Assembly: GCA_021413805.1 (NCBI GenBank)
Contig: JAIOPR010000010.1
Coordinates: 1-56,006 of the forward strand
Direction of reading: 5' to 3'
DNA length: 56,006 bases
Source: Planctomycetota bacterium
Lineage (GTDB): Bacteria > Planctomycetota > MHYJ01 > WSZJ01
The position numbers and the translations under genes were made by a program. The notes under the pieces were generated by a model. The model was not told where the DNA came from, did no database searches, and worked only from the letters and a program-made list of their open reading frames with translations. Shown here piece by piece: positions 25,977 to 34,207 of this stretch. Within the stretch, counting starts at the first letter, position 1, and each line of letters starts with the position of its first letter.

Positions 25977-27068
25977 TCACCTGGCGAGCGCCCCCCTCAC
26001 GAGCGCCCGCAGGATTTCGCTCTGCTTTACGACCTGCGCCAGCGGTGCCGCGGCGTTTTCGTACGTCTCGACCGCTTTCGCACCCGCTGGGATGCCCTTC
26101 AGCGACCGGTCCCGCAAGGCCCTGAGCGCATCCACGCGGGAAGCGTCCTCTGAGCCGCAGGCCGCGGTGGCGACGATGCAGTACTTGTCCTTGTAGCGGT
26201 TGTAGGCGCCCTTGGGGCCGCTGCCGTAGTCGGGGCCGTTTTCAGTGACGACCACGTGCTTCGTGACCTTCCGGGGGCCCGTGCCTCCCCCGCTGCTGCC
26301 GGGGGGTACTGGATCGGGATCGATGGGAGGGTCGTGCGAAGGGGGAGGAGGAGGCGGCGGCGGCGGCGGGGGCGGCGGCGGCGGAGGGGGAGGCGCCGAT
26401 TCGTCAACGCCGTCGCTTCCTGACCCTGTGCCGTAAAGGGCGATCGCTCCTGCGATGTCGTCCGGCTGCAGGACGGAGACGCTTCCGACCACCGGGTTCA
26501 TGATCGCGGTGACCGTGGTTTCATGCCCGAGGCCGATGGCGTGGCCGAACTCATGAAGCGCCACCTTGTCCATGAGGATCGGGTCGGACCAGCCGAAGTC
26601 GAGCCCGTTGAACTGGACGTCCGCTTCGGAGAACTGGTCGCCGAAGTAATCGAAGTTGCACACGCCGATGACGCCGCTGCCGGGGGCGTACGGCCACGTG
26701 GCGGCCGTCTCGTCCCATTCGACCATGTTCGATCCGTCCCCGTAGATGACGGGGAGGCTCGTCCAGCCGTTCCAGCGGAGGTCCAGGTTTCCTGTCGTGG
26801 CGTCTTCCCAGGCCTGAAGGCTGTTCGTCAGTTCCGTCCACTCGCCGTCCTTCGTGCCCGTGCCCGATCCGGCACCGCCGCCGCCCCCCGCCATGTCCGG
26901 GGTCCCCGCGTCGTTATAAAGGAAGTCCACGTTCCCGCCGCTCGACGACGGCGCCGCGGTGGCTCCCCACTTCGGCGGAGGCGACCCGAACGTCACGTAT
27001 CCGCTCAGCCGGGGCGTTTCCACCAGGACCAGCCCGAAGCAGGCAGCGACCAGGATGAATTTCTTCAT
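25977..27068 (-). CDS. secreted matrixin-type (M10) zinc metalloprotease with poly-proline linker and Cys-containing C-terminal domain
   Basis: Signal peptide MKKFILVAACFGLVLV, zinc site HEFGHAIGLGH, Met-turn AIMNP, a run of about 18-20 Pro, and a C-terminal CIVATAACGS...LRALRDRSL motif. The ATG overlaps the upstream stop (ATGA). Confidence 0.85.
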   Translation of the reverse strand: MKKFILVAACFGLVLVETPRLSGYVTFGSPPPKWGATAAPSSSGGNVDFLYNDAGTPDMAGGGGGAGSGTGTKDGEWTELTNSLQAWEDATTGNLDLRWNGWTSLPVIYGDGSNMVEWDETAATWPYAPGSGVIGVCNFDYFGDQFSEADVQFNGLDFGWSDPILMDKVALHEFGHAIGLGHETTVTAIMNPVVGSVSVLQPDDIAGAIALYGTGSGSDGVDESAPPPPPPPPPPPPPPPPPPSHDPPIDPDPVPPGSSGGGTGPRKVTKHVVVTENGPDYGSGPKGAYNRYKDKYCIVATAACGSEDASRVDALRALRDRSLKGIPAGAKAVETYENAAAPLAQVVKQSEILRALVRGALAR

Positions 27069-27643
27069 TTGGCCATCTCCGACTGCAGGCGGGTGATGAC
27101 ATCGGAAAGGGGTTCTTCGGTCGCGGCGGGTTTTGCGGCCGCAGTCAGCGACCCGTCGGCCTGTCGCGCCATGAATTGCGCTTCGCCCAGGTCGCGGGAA
27201 GCGATGTCCTTCCCGTTGGCATTCGTCGTCACCTGCCACCGGCCCTGGATGGCGCCGACGATGGGGGACAACCGGGCTTTGTCAGGATCGGGGTAGAGGC
27301 AGAGGAGAAGCCGCTCGTCCTTTTTCCAGAGGGGGACCCCGGCGGACCCCATCGTGCGGTTGCCGATAGTGCCCCCGAACACCTGAAGGGTCACGTAGGC
27401 GCCCGGCTGGTCGGTGCCCTTCACGACCTGATCGACCCGGAAGGTCGCGACCGTGTAGATGGACTGGATGCCGTCCCCGTCAGGGTCGGCCCACTGCGCG
27501 GTCGAAGTCAGGACGGTCCCCACCACGATGCGGTCACTGGCCTTGACGATTTCCGCGTCAGTGAGCGCCAGCAGCGTCAGCGATCTCGCCGACAGCGCCG
27601 CGGCCACCAGAAAGGCCGTACTCAGCAGGACTCTTCGCTTCAT
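27065..27643 (-). CDS. secreted hypothetical protein (first gene of the matrixin operon)
   Basis: AGGAGAAGCACG-ATG. The signal peptide is MKRRVLLSTAFLVAAALSA. Confidence 0.65.
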   Translation of the reverse strand: MKRRVLLSTAFLVAAALSARSLTLLALTDAEIVKASDRIVVGTVLTSTAQWADPDGDGIQSIYTVATFRVDQVVKGTDQPGAYVTLQVFGGTIGNRTMGSAGVPLWKKDERLLLCLYPDPDKARLSPIVGAIQGRWQVTTNANGKDIASRDLGEAQFMARQADGSLTAAAKPAATEEPLSDVITRLQSEMAK

Positions 27644-27721
27644 CGTGCTTCTCCTGGTTGCTTCCGGGTTCCGCGGCGGGACGAAAAAGATCTCATCCGT
27701 GCCGGGCGAATGGGACGCTCT

Positions 27722-27737
27722 TGCAAAGGCTCTGCCA
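27722..27737 (-). promoter_or_regulatory. sigma-54-type -24/-12 promoter
   Basis: The minus strand reads TGGCAGAGCCTTTGCA, which is TGGCA-N6-TTGCA with canonical GG/GC spacing. It lies about 80 nt upstream of ATG 27643. Confidence 0.5.
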
Positions 27738-27820
27738 AGGTAAAACGCTTAAAGACCGCTAAATCCCGCGTTGGGGCGTGCAATTCTGCATGAACCATGA
27801 CCGGGGTGTGAAGGATGCTT

Positions 27821-27841
27821 TTCAGTGTAAGTTTCACTGAA
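27821..27841. promoter_or_regulatory. inverted repeat TTCAGTG-N7-CACTGAA (candidate enhancer-binding-protein site)
   Basis: A perfect 7-bp inverted repeat lies about 90-100 bp upstream of the -24 element. Confidence 0.3.
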
Positions 27842-27877
27842 CACGCACAACTGGTCAGGCGGGCTATTCTCGCATAC

Positions 27878-29101
27878 CTACCACCACCTCCGCGCATCGT
27901 ATTTCCCGCTCAGCAACCGCTCGACCGACTGCCCCAGGATCTGCCGCCCCCACTTGAACTTCGCGTACAGCCGCACGAACATCACCACGTCCCCGATCAC
28001 CATCATCCGCTCACTCCACGACAGCTTTCGAAGCGCCGCCCAGACGTCGGCCTCGTGCGGACGGCCGAAGGCGATGAGAAGCGGGTTCCACTGGTCGCTG
28101 CAGCGCCGGACTTCGCTGTGGATCGCGCGCCGGTAGACGTACTGCGCCGGCTCGCCGTGAAACGCCGCTTCCACAATCGATTCGCCGCAGATGGCGCCGG
28201 AGTGAAGCGCCGCGGACATCCCTTCGGCCATCATGTTGAGGAACCCGGCGGCCTGGCCGGTGATGAGGACGCGCCCCTTGCCGAAGACGTAGCGGTTGAT
28301 GAGGGAGAGCCCGAAATTTTCGCCGCAGCCTTCGGAGTCCCGCGCGGGCCCGAGCTCCACGCCGTGGCGCTTGCCGATGTATTTCACGACGTTCTGATGG
28401 GCCGCGTCGAAGTTGTGCCCGACGTCGAACCCGACGCCGACGATCTGCCGGCCGTCGCGCGCGTGGCTCCAGGTGTAGTGGCCGAGGCCGGGGTGAAACC
28501 AGAAATGGAAATACGCCTGGTCGAGCGGGCAGCGCACGATGTCGTGCAACTTCTGGCCGACGAGAAACCACGGGATCGAAGCGGGATACCCCGGGTACAA
28601 CGCCCTCACCACCATCGACGTCGGCCCGTCGGCGCCCACAACCCACTTCGCCCGGAACTGCTCCGGCCTCCCGCGCCGCGTCACGTTCACGAGCACATGG
28701 TCCGCCGCGGTCTCCAGCCCCGCGAAGGAAGTCTCGTCCTGCACTTCCACGCCGCTCCTCTTGATCGCCCACCAGTCCGAATGTTTCCGGTAAAGATGCG
28801 GCGTCGGCCCGCCGATGAAATCAATGTCGATCGAAGGCGCCTTCGGGAAATGAAACGTCACGCCCCGGCAACTCGTGGGCTCGTGCATCGTTTCGCGCGG
28901 AAGCGGCCCGAAATTCTCGACCAGGAACCGGTGCCCGCGCGGCGACAGGATCCCGCTGCAGATCTTGTGGCGCGGCAGCTTCTTGCGCTCGATCACCACC
29001 GTCTCCAGCCCCGCATCGACAAGCCGCTTCGCACAAGCCGCCGCCGACAGCGAAGCGCCGATGATGAGGACGTCCACGTTGCGGGGGGCGGGGGCGATCA
29101 T
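27878..29101 (-). CDS. FAD-dependent oxidoreductase (geranylgeranyl-reductase-like family)
   Basis: The N-terminal dinucleotide fold is DVLIIGASLSAAACAKRLVDAGLETVVIERKK, followed by HKICSGIL. Length is about 400 aa. Confidence 0.75.
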   Translation of the reverse strand: MIAPAPRNVDVLIIGASLSAAACAKRLVDAGLETVVIERKKLPRHKICSGILSPRGHRFLVENFGPLPRETMHEPTSCRGVTFHFPKAPSIDIDFIGGPTPHLYRKHSDWWAIKRSGVEVQDETSFAGLETAADHVLVNVTRRGRPEQFRAKWVVGADGPTSMVVRALYPGYPASIPWFLVGQKLHDIVRCPLDQAYFHFWFHPGLGHYTWSHARDGRQIVGVGFDVGHNFDAAHQNVVKYIGKRHGVELGPARDSEGCGENFGLSLINRYVFGKGRVLITGQAAGFLNMMAEGMSAALHSGAICGESIVEAAFHGEPAQYVYRRAIHSEVRRCSDQWNPLLIAFGRPHEADVWAALRKLSWSERMMVIGDVVMFVRLYAKFKWGRQILGQSVERLLSGKYDARRWW

Positions 29102-29147
29102 GAAAAGGACAGGATAGCCCGGCTCCGGGCCGCGGGGAACCGTGCGG

Positions 29148-29867
29148 CTACTTCGGCGCGGGAAAGAGGCGGTACTGCGCGTACGGCTTTCCGGTCGCCG
29201 CTTCGATGAGGACCGCGCGCTCTTCGTTCCCGACGATCACCGTGCCTCCGGGGATCCGGGCGACGGAGAGCTTCGGCGGCTCGGTGTCGAAGCGATAGAA
29301 CATCATCCGGGCCAACCCGGCGGACGGAGGCGGCGGAAGGCCGAGTGCGGCGTTGAGCGCTGCGGGATCGGGCGTGAAGGCCACCGTTTCCTTCGCCCCC
29401 CGCAGGGCTGCGGCGGCTTCTTCCCGCGTCGGGTACGGCCCGACGTAGGAGCCTTTCATCGGCCCGAACGTGTGGATCAGCCCGCGCAAGGCGACGTTGT
29501 TGCCGGCATTGGCGAACGGTTCCCAGCCGCAGACGACGCACCCGGTCGTGCGTTTTGCGCAGCGCAGATCGGGGTTCAGGTTCCGGGCCTCGTCGGAGGG
29601 GAGGCCGACCATCATGAGCGCCGCATCGCCGCGGACATATCCCACACACGCTTTGGCGAAACCCCACGCCGGCAGGCCGAGCAGCGGCGACAGCACGAGC
29701 GTGAGCCACCAACCGCGCCGGTGGCCGACGGCCGAGTGGATGAAATGAAGCGCCGAGATCGCGCATCCCGCCAAAGGCGCGACCAGCATGAAAACGATCC
29801 AGGCGGCCGCGAGGGGCGTGACCAGGATGAGGGACCGCCGCGGCGGGACCGGCGAAGTCTCGGCCAT
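29148..29867 (-). CDS. membrane protein, unknown function
   Basis: Two or three N-terminal TM helices, then a soluble domain with CAKRTTGCVVCG. Start is ATG 29867 or GTG 29882. Confidence 0.5.
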   Translation of the reverse strand: MAETSPVPPRRSLILVTPLAAAWIVFMLVAPLAGCAISALHFIHSAVGHRRGWWLTLVLSPLLGLPAWGFAKACVGYVRGDAALMMVGLPSDEARNLNPDLRCAKRTTGCVVCGWEPFANAGNNVALRGLIHTFGPMKGSYVGPYPTREEAAAALRGAKETVAFTPDPAALNAALGLPPPPSAGLARMMFYRFDTEPPKLSVARIPGGTVIVGNEERAVLIEAATGKPYAQYRLFPAPK

Positions 29868-29930
29868 GGGGATTGTCGTCACGGCGTCATTCTACGACGA
29901 GAGGGTCACGAATCGACGGGCCAATGATTC

Positions 29931-30923
29931 TTACTTTGCCGCGCTGATCGCCGCCACGTGCACGACCGGCATGTTCCTCTCTCGCCGCACCGCTTCGCCG
30001 TCCTCCATGTTCTCGACCACCACGCGCGACGGCCGGCGTCCTTCCAGAATCCACTTCACCTGCTCGGCGACTCGGACGGGGCCGGTGCCGAAGCGCGAGT
30101 TGAGGGCGTTGGCGGCGGTGGTGATGGCGAGGTGCTGGAGGTCGAGGCTGAGATCGCAGCCGGTTTCGTGGCGAAGGGTGTCGTAGACGGGGACGAGGCG
30201 CTCGAAGTCAGCGTGGTAGGCGCGGGCATCGAGGAGATAGAGGTCGGTGGGGCGGAGGGCGCGGCGGGTTTCGGCGAGGGCGAGGCAGGATTCGCCGAGG
30301 CTGCGGATCGGGGTGCCGGGGAGCCACTTGCGGAGGAAGGAGTTCAGGAAACCTTCGGTGGTGACGACGCGAAGGGCGCCGCGGAGGCCGGCGAGGAATT
30401 CCTCGAGGCGTTCGGGCGCGACAGGGATCCCGGCCTCGAGCGCTGCGGCGATGTCGAATCCCGTGTCGTCCGCGACGATGACGTGAGCCGGGCCGCCGAG
30501 GCGGAGAGTGGCGGCAGCGAGCAGAGACGGATCGGCGAGCAGCCGCTCTTCGGCGAGAAGCACGGTCTTCAGGCGGACATTCGCTTTGCTGACTTCGCGC
30601 GGCGGTTCGATCATCCCGGCGGCGAGCGGCGCGAGCGGCGAGCGGCCTTTCGCCGCGAGGTCGGCGCGCAGGCCGAGCGTCATCCCCACGAGGTCAATCC
30701 GCTCCGGGCACGCCGGGACGCACGAGCCGCACAGCGTGCAGGCGCCGAGCGACTCGACGATGTCCTCCGCCGAAGCGCCGCCCTGGAGCGCCGTCGCGCG
30801 GCCCTTCGGCGTCAGGCGCACGTCGTGCGTCTGCTGCCAGACCGGGCAGGCCAGCGCGCAGATATCGCAGCCGGAGCACGCGGCGAAGGTGGCGGGAGAG
30901 AAGCGGGGGAGCGCGGATCGCAT
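29931..30923 (-). CDS. (Fe-S)-binding protein, 2x[4Fe-4S] ferredoxin-type (GlcF-like N-terminus)
   Basis: CSGCDICALACP and CTLCGSCVPACP. The start overlaps the upstream stop (TGATG). Confidence 0.8.
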   Translation of the reverse strand: MRSALPRFSPATFAACSGCDICALACPVWQQTHDVRLTPKGRATALQGGASAEDIVESLGACTLCGSCVPACPERIDLVGMTLGLRADLAAKGRSPLAPLAAGMIEPPREVSKANVRLKTVLLAEERLLADPSLLAAATLRLGGPAHVIVADDTGFDIAAALEAGIPVAPERLEEFLAGLRGALRVVTTEGFLNSFLRKWLPGTPIRSLGESCLALAETRRALRPTDLYLLDARAYHADFERLVPVYDTLRHETGCDLSLDLQHLAITTAANALNSRFGTGPVRVAEQVKWILEGRRPSRVVVENMEDGEAVRRERNMPVVHVAAISAAK

Positions 30924-32557
30924 CAGAACACGACGTCCGGGTTCAGGATCATCGCGGGATCCGCCGCGCGTTTCATCGCGAGGTGCCGGTCCACCATCGC
31001 GTCGCCGAAAGCGCGCCGGATGTAGCCCTTCATGCTCCCCCCGAACCTGTAATAGCTCGTCCCCATCTTCACGCCGACGTCGTAGATCTCGTTCTTGAAA
31101 CTCTGGAGCGTGTCGCGGCTGTACTCGCCGGCCCTGAAAATCGGCTCAAACTCGCAACCGTACGCCCACCCCGTCGCGTCGCCCGGGATGCAGGACATCT
31201 CGTAGCGCTCGCGGTTCGGCTGCAGGCGGATCGCGACGCAGTAGAGCGTGTAGTGCGGGAAATATTTCCGGATCACCTTGTTGCCGCGCAGGACCGACTC
31301 GATGAACTTCGACTCCGAAGTCGCGAGGTCCGGGATCACCATGCTGCGGTTTCCCCAGTGGCGCCAAACGGCGCGCGAGAACACCACCGTCCGGTCGTCC
31401 ATCTTCCCGCCGCGCACATGCTCGGGCCGCTCGAACTCCGGCATCAGCGTCCGTTTCCGCCGCCACAGCCAGAGCGCTTCACCGATTTTCCACGGGTGAA
31501 GCGCGTAGTACCTCGCCGCGCGCATTGCGAATTGTCCCTCGGTGAGGCCTTTCAATTTCGGGCGGACGTTCGCGAAGAACGCCTTCTCGCGGTCCTCGGA
31601 GTCGAACGCGAACAGGAGATTGTTCGCGCGGTCGTTCATCGTGAGGATGCCGCTGTAGTCGGTCGATTCGGAACGGACGACGACGATGAGGTCTTCCATG
31701 GCGGCCTTGAGGTCATCATAGAAGATGTGGTGCATGCGGCAGGGCGTGTAGGGCCGGATACGCATCGTGGCCTCGGTGACGACGCCGAACTGCCCGTAAC
31801 CGAGGAGGACGCGGTCGAAGAGCTCGGTGTTCGCCGTTTCGCTGCACTCGACGACCTGGCCCGTCGGCGTCACGACTTCCATCGCGACGCACTGGTCCGC
31901 GCTCGCTCCCCACTTGCACGCGTTCACGTCGATCCCGCCGACGGCGAGCGTGCCGCCGACGCTGGAAGTGAAATTGAGCGGCGCGGAAATGTAGTCGAGC
32001 CCCTGGCGGCGCAGCACTTCCGCCATAGAGTGCCAGAAGATTCCCGCTTCGACCCGCGCGAGCATCCGGTCGCGGTCCACCCACCGGACCTTGCTCATCC
32101 CCGTCATGTCGAGCTGCAGCCCGCCGAACGCGACCGACTCGCCCTCGGTCGTGAGCCCGCCGCCGCGCGTGGTGACGGGGACACGGAATCGCTGGGCGGC
32201 GCGCAAAACCGTGGCGACCTGGAGGGCCGAGCGCGCGATCACGACGCCGTGCGGCGCCCCGAACGATAGCCCGCCCGCGTCCGTCACGAACATCGCCTTC
32301 GTCGCGCGGTCCTCACGGACGTCCACGCCGCCGTCGCGAAGTTCTTCCACGAACGGCTTCCACGTTTCCCCTGACCAGCGCGAAGGATTCGTCTGGACGC
32401 GGGGGATCCCGAACATCGCTTCGGGCGAGACGGTCTCGGGTGGAATCACGCCGCGCGGAGGAGGAGGCATTTCGGGCGCGGGACCACCGTCGTGGCGGGC
32501 CGTGGCACCGCGGGGGAGGACTGACTTTGAAGTGTCGTACGGCATCGGGCCTTGCAT
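30923..32557 (-). CDS. FAD-binding oxidase (FAD_binding_4 / GlcD-like)
   Basis: Motifs: VPVTTRGGGLTTEGESV, AGIFWHSMAEVLRRQG, GGTLAVGGIDVNACKWG, TELFDRVLLGYGQFGVVTEATMRI and C-terminal DPAMILNP. Confidence 0.85.
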   Translation of the reverse strand: MQGPMPYDTSKSVLPRGATARHDGGPAPEMPPPPRGVIPPETVSPEAMFGIPRVQTNPSRWSGETWKPFVEELRDGGVDVREDRATKAMFVTDAGGLSFGAPHGVVIARSALQVATVLRAAQRFRVPVTTRGGGLTTEGESVAFGGLQLDMTGMSKVRWVDRDRMLARVEAGIFWHSMAEVLRRQGLDYISAPLNFTSSVGGTLAVGGIDVNACKWGASADQCVAMEVVTPTGQVVECSETANTELFDRVLLGYGQFGVVTEATMRIRPYTPCRMHHIFYDDLKAAMEDLIVVVRSESTDYSGILTMNDRANNLLFAFDSEDREKAFFANVRPKLKGLTEGQFAMRAARYYALHPWKIGEALWLWRRKRTLMPEFERPEHVRGGKMDDRTVVFSRAVWRHWGNRSMVIPDLATSESKFIESVLRGNKVIRKYFPHYTLYCVAIRLQPNRERYEMSCIPGDATGWAYGCEFEPIFRAGEYSRDTLQSFKNEIYDVGVKMGTSYYRFGGSMKGYIRRAFGDAMVDRHLAMKRAADPAMILNPDVVF

Positions 32558-32769
32558 TACATCAGGGTGCGACGCGTTGGCGCAAGGACGTCCCGGCCGG
32601 ACTGGGGGCAGCAGACGCTCGACATCGATCTTCCTTCCGTGCCCGTGCTGACGCGCTGGACCGGGCCGCTTCCAAAAGATGCGCCGCCGCGGGCGCTGAT
32701 GCTGAAGCTCGTGGAGTTGGCATCAGCGAAGGTGAAAGGGGTGAACCTGGACGCGCTGAAACCGTAGTG

Positions 32770-33705
32770 TCAGGCCGCGGCGCCGATTTCGCGCGGACGG
32801 ACGGCCAGGGAGAGCTTGCGTTCGCCGCGGATGACGTCCATGACGATCTCCGCGTCGATCGCATCGCGGCCGAGGGCGCGGTGGAGATCGGGGACGGACT
32901 GGACGGGCTTGCCGGCGATGGCGACGACGAGGTCGCCGGGGTGCAGGCCGGCGGCAGCTGCGGGGGAGCGGGGCGCAATTTCCCGGAGGGCGACGGCGCG
33001 GGTCGCGTTGCTGCCGGCGGCGCGGGCGATCCGGGCGGGGAGGAGGACTTCCTGCGCGGAGACGCCGAGCCAGGCGCGGCGCACGCGGCCGTGCGCGAGA
33101 ATTTCGGAGAGCACGAACGAAGCCGTATTGGAAGGCACGGCGAACCCGAGGCCCTGCGCGGGAAAAACCACAGCCGAGTTAATGCCGACGACACGCGCAT
33201 CGGCGTCGGCGAGCGGCCCGCCGCTGTTCCCCGGGTTGATCGGCGCGTCGGTCTGGATCACGCCCTCAATGACCCGCCCCGTCCGCCCGCCTGGCAGCGT
33301 CCGGCCGAGCGCGCTCACGATCCCGCACGTCACCGTCCGGTCGAGCCCGAGCGGCGAGCCCAGCGCGAGCACGAGATGACCGACGCGAAGCGCGTTGGAA
33401 TCGCCCAGCTCGGCGTGCGCAAGGCCGGACCCCGCGAGGCGCAGGACCGCCAGGTCCGTCGCGGGATCATCCCCAGCGATGTCGGCCAGCAGCGTCCGCC
33501 CGTCCGCGAGCGTCGCTTCCACCGCCGTCGCCCCGTGCACGACGTGCGAGTTCGTGAGCGCGTAGCCGTCGGGAGCCACGACGACGCCGGATCCGGTGGC
33601 CACGCCGTGGCGGCCGTCGAGAAGCGCCCGGACGTGGAGCAGCGCGGGCGACACGCGATCGACGACGGTGGCGAGCTGGTCGGAGAAGTCGCGGAGGGGA
33701 ATCAT
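32770..33705 (-). CDS. HtrA/DegP-type S1C serine protease with PDZ domain, no signal peptide
   Basis: The triad motifs are TNSHVVHG, TDLAVLRL and NPGNSGGPL. The C-terminal PDZ reads AAAGLHPGDLVVAIAGKPV. AGGAG SD. Confidence 0.88.
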   Translation of the reverse strand: MIPLRDFSDQLATVVDRVSPALLHVRALLDGRHGVATGSGVVVAPDGYALTNSHVVHGATAVEATLADGRTLLADIAGDDPATDLAVLRLAGSGLAHAELGDSNALRVGHLVLALGSPLGLDRTVTCGIVSALGRTLPGGRTGRVIEGVIQTDAPINPGNSGGPLADADARVVGINSAVVFPAQGLGFAVPSNTASFVLSEILAHGRVRRAWLGVSAQEVLLPARIARAAGSNATRAVALREIAPRSPAAAAGLHPGDLVVAIAGKPVQSVPDLHRALGRDAIDAEIVMDVIRGERKLSLAVRPREIGAAA

Positions 33706-33783
33706 GGCGGGCTCCTGAGGCGGGATCGGAATGCAGTGGAGACATAACAAAGCAGAGGCTTTACATATTCCAGGTTGCCACGC

Positions 33784-34146
33784 TCAGGAAAGCTTCTCAA
33801 CGACCGTGTCGATGATCCCGTAGTCGAGCGCTTCCGTTGCGGTCATCCGACACCCGCGCTTCATGTCGCCCTCGATTAGCCCGGGAAGCCGCCCCGTGTC
33901 TTTCGCCATCTGCTGGATGAACTCCGTGCGGAGCCTCGCGATTTCCTGGGCCTGCCTCGGGGAAGAGGTCGATCCGCCCCACAATTCATCGAATCCGATC
34001 CGCGCGTTCGGAAGCGCCGCGCGGTGGCCGAAGAGCAGATTGGCGACGGTCTCGGTCGCGACCGCATCATCGATCGGGGTCCCGATGAAGACGATCCGTT
34101 CCTTGAGCAGACGTGCGATCAATTCGCTGAGAGTCGGTGTGCCCAA
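33784..34146 (-). CDS. ClpP-derived 120-aa protein (internal deletion, no catalytic residues); possibly a pseudogene remnant
   Basis: TTG start 6 nt after AAGGAGGAAG. LLKERIVFIGTPIDDAVATETVANLLF joins directly to AALPNARIGFDELWGG...EALDYGIIDTVV. The ~70-aa segment carrying the Ser nucleophile is absent. Confidence 0.55.
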   Translation of the reverse strand: MGTPTLSELIARLLKERIVFIGTPIDDAVATETVANLLFGHRAALPNARIGFDELWGGSTSSPRQAQEIARLRTEFIQQMAKDTGRLPGLIEGDMKRGCRMTATEALDYGIIDTVVEKLS

Positions 34147-34207
34147 CGCTTCCTCCTTCTTCGTTGCCGTTGTGATTCCGCCCGGCGCCCGTCATCATGC
34201 CACGCCC

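Noticed and set aside
26340-26393. (GGN)n simple repeat, a possible microsatellite or array
   Set aside because: It is the antisense of an in-frame poly-proline linker inside the matrixin gene. It is not a CRISPR or non-coding repeat. It is reported under the matrixin finding instead.
32552-32767. 71-aa plus-strand ORF in the gap between the FAD oxidase start and the HtrA stop
   Set aside because: It has a TTG start without an SD and overlaps the oxidase start codon. It has no motif and no internal ATG until late. It is more likely non-coding promoter/terminator space.
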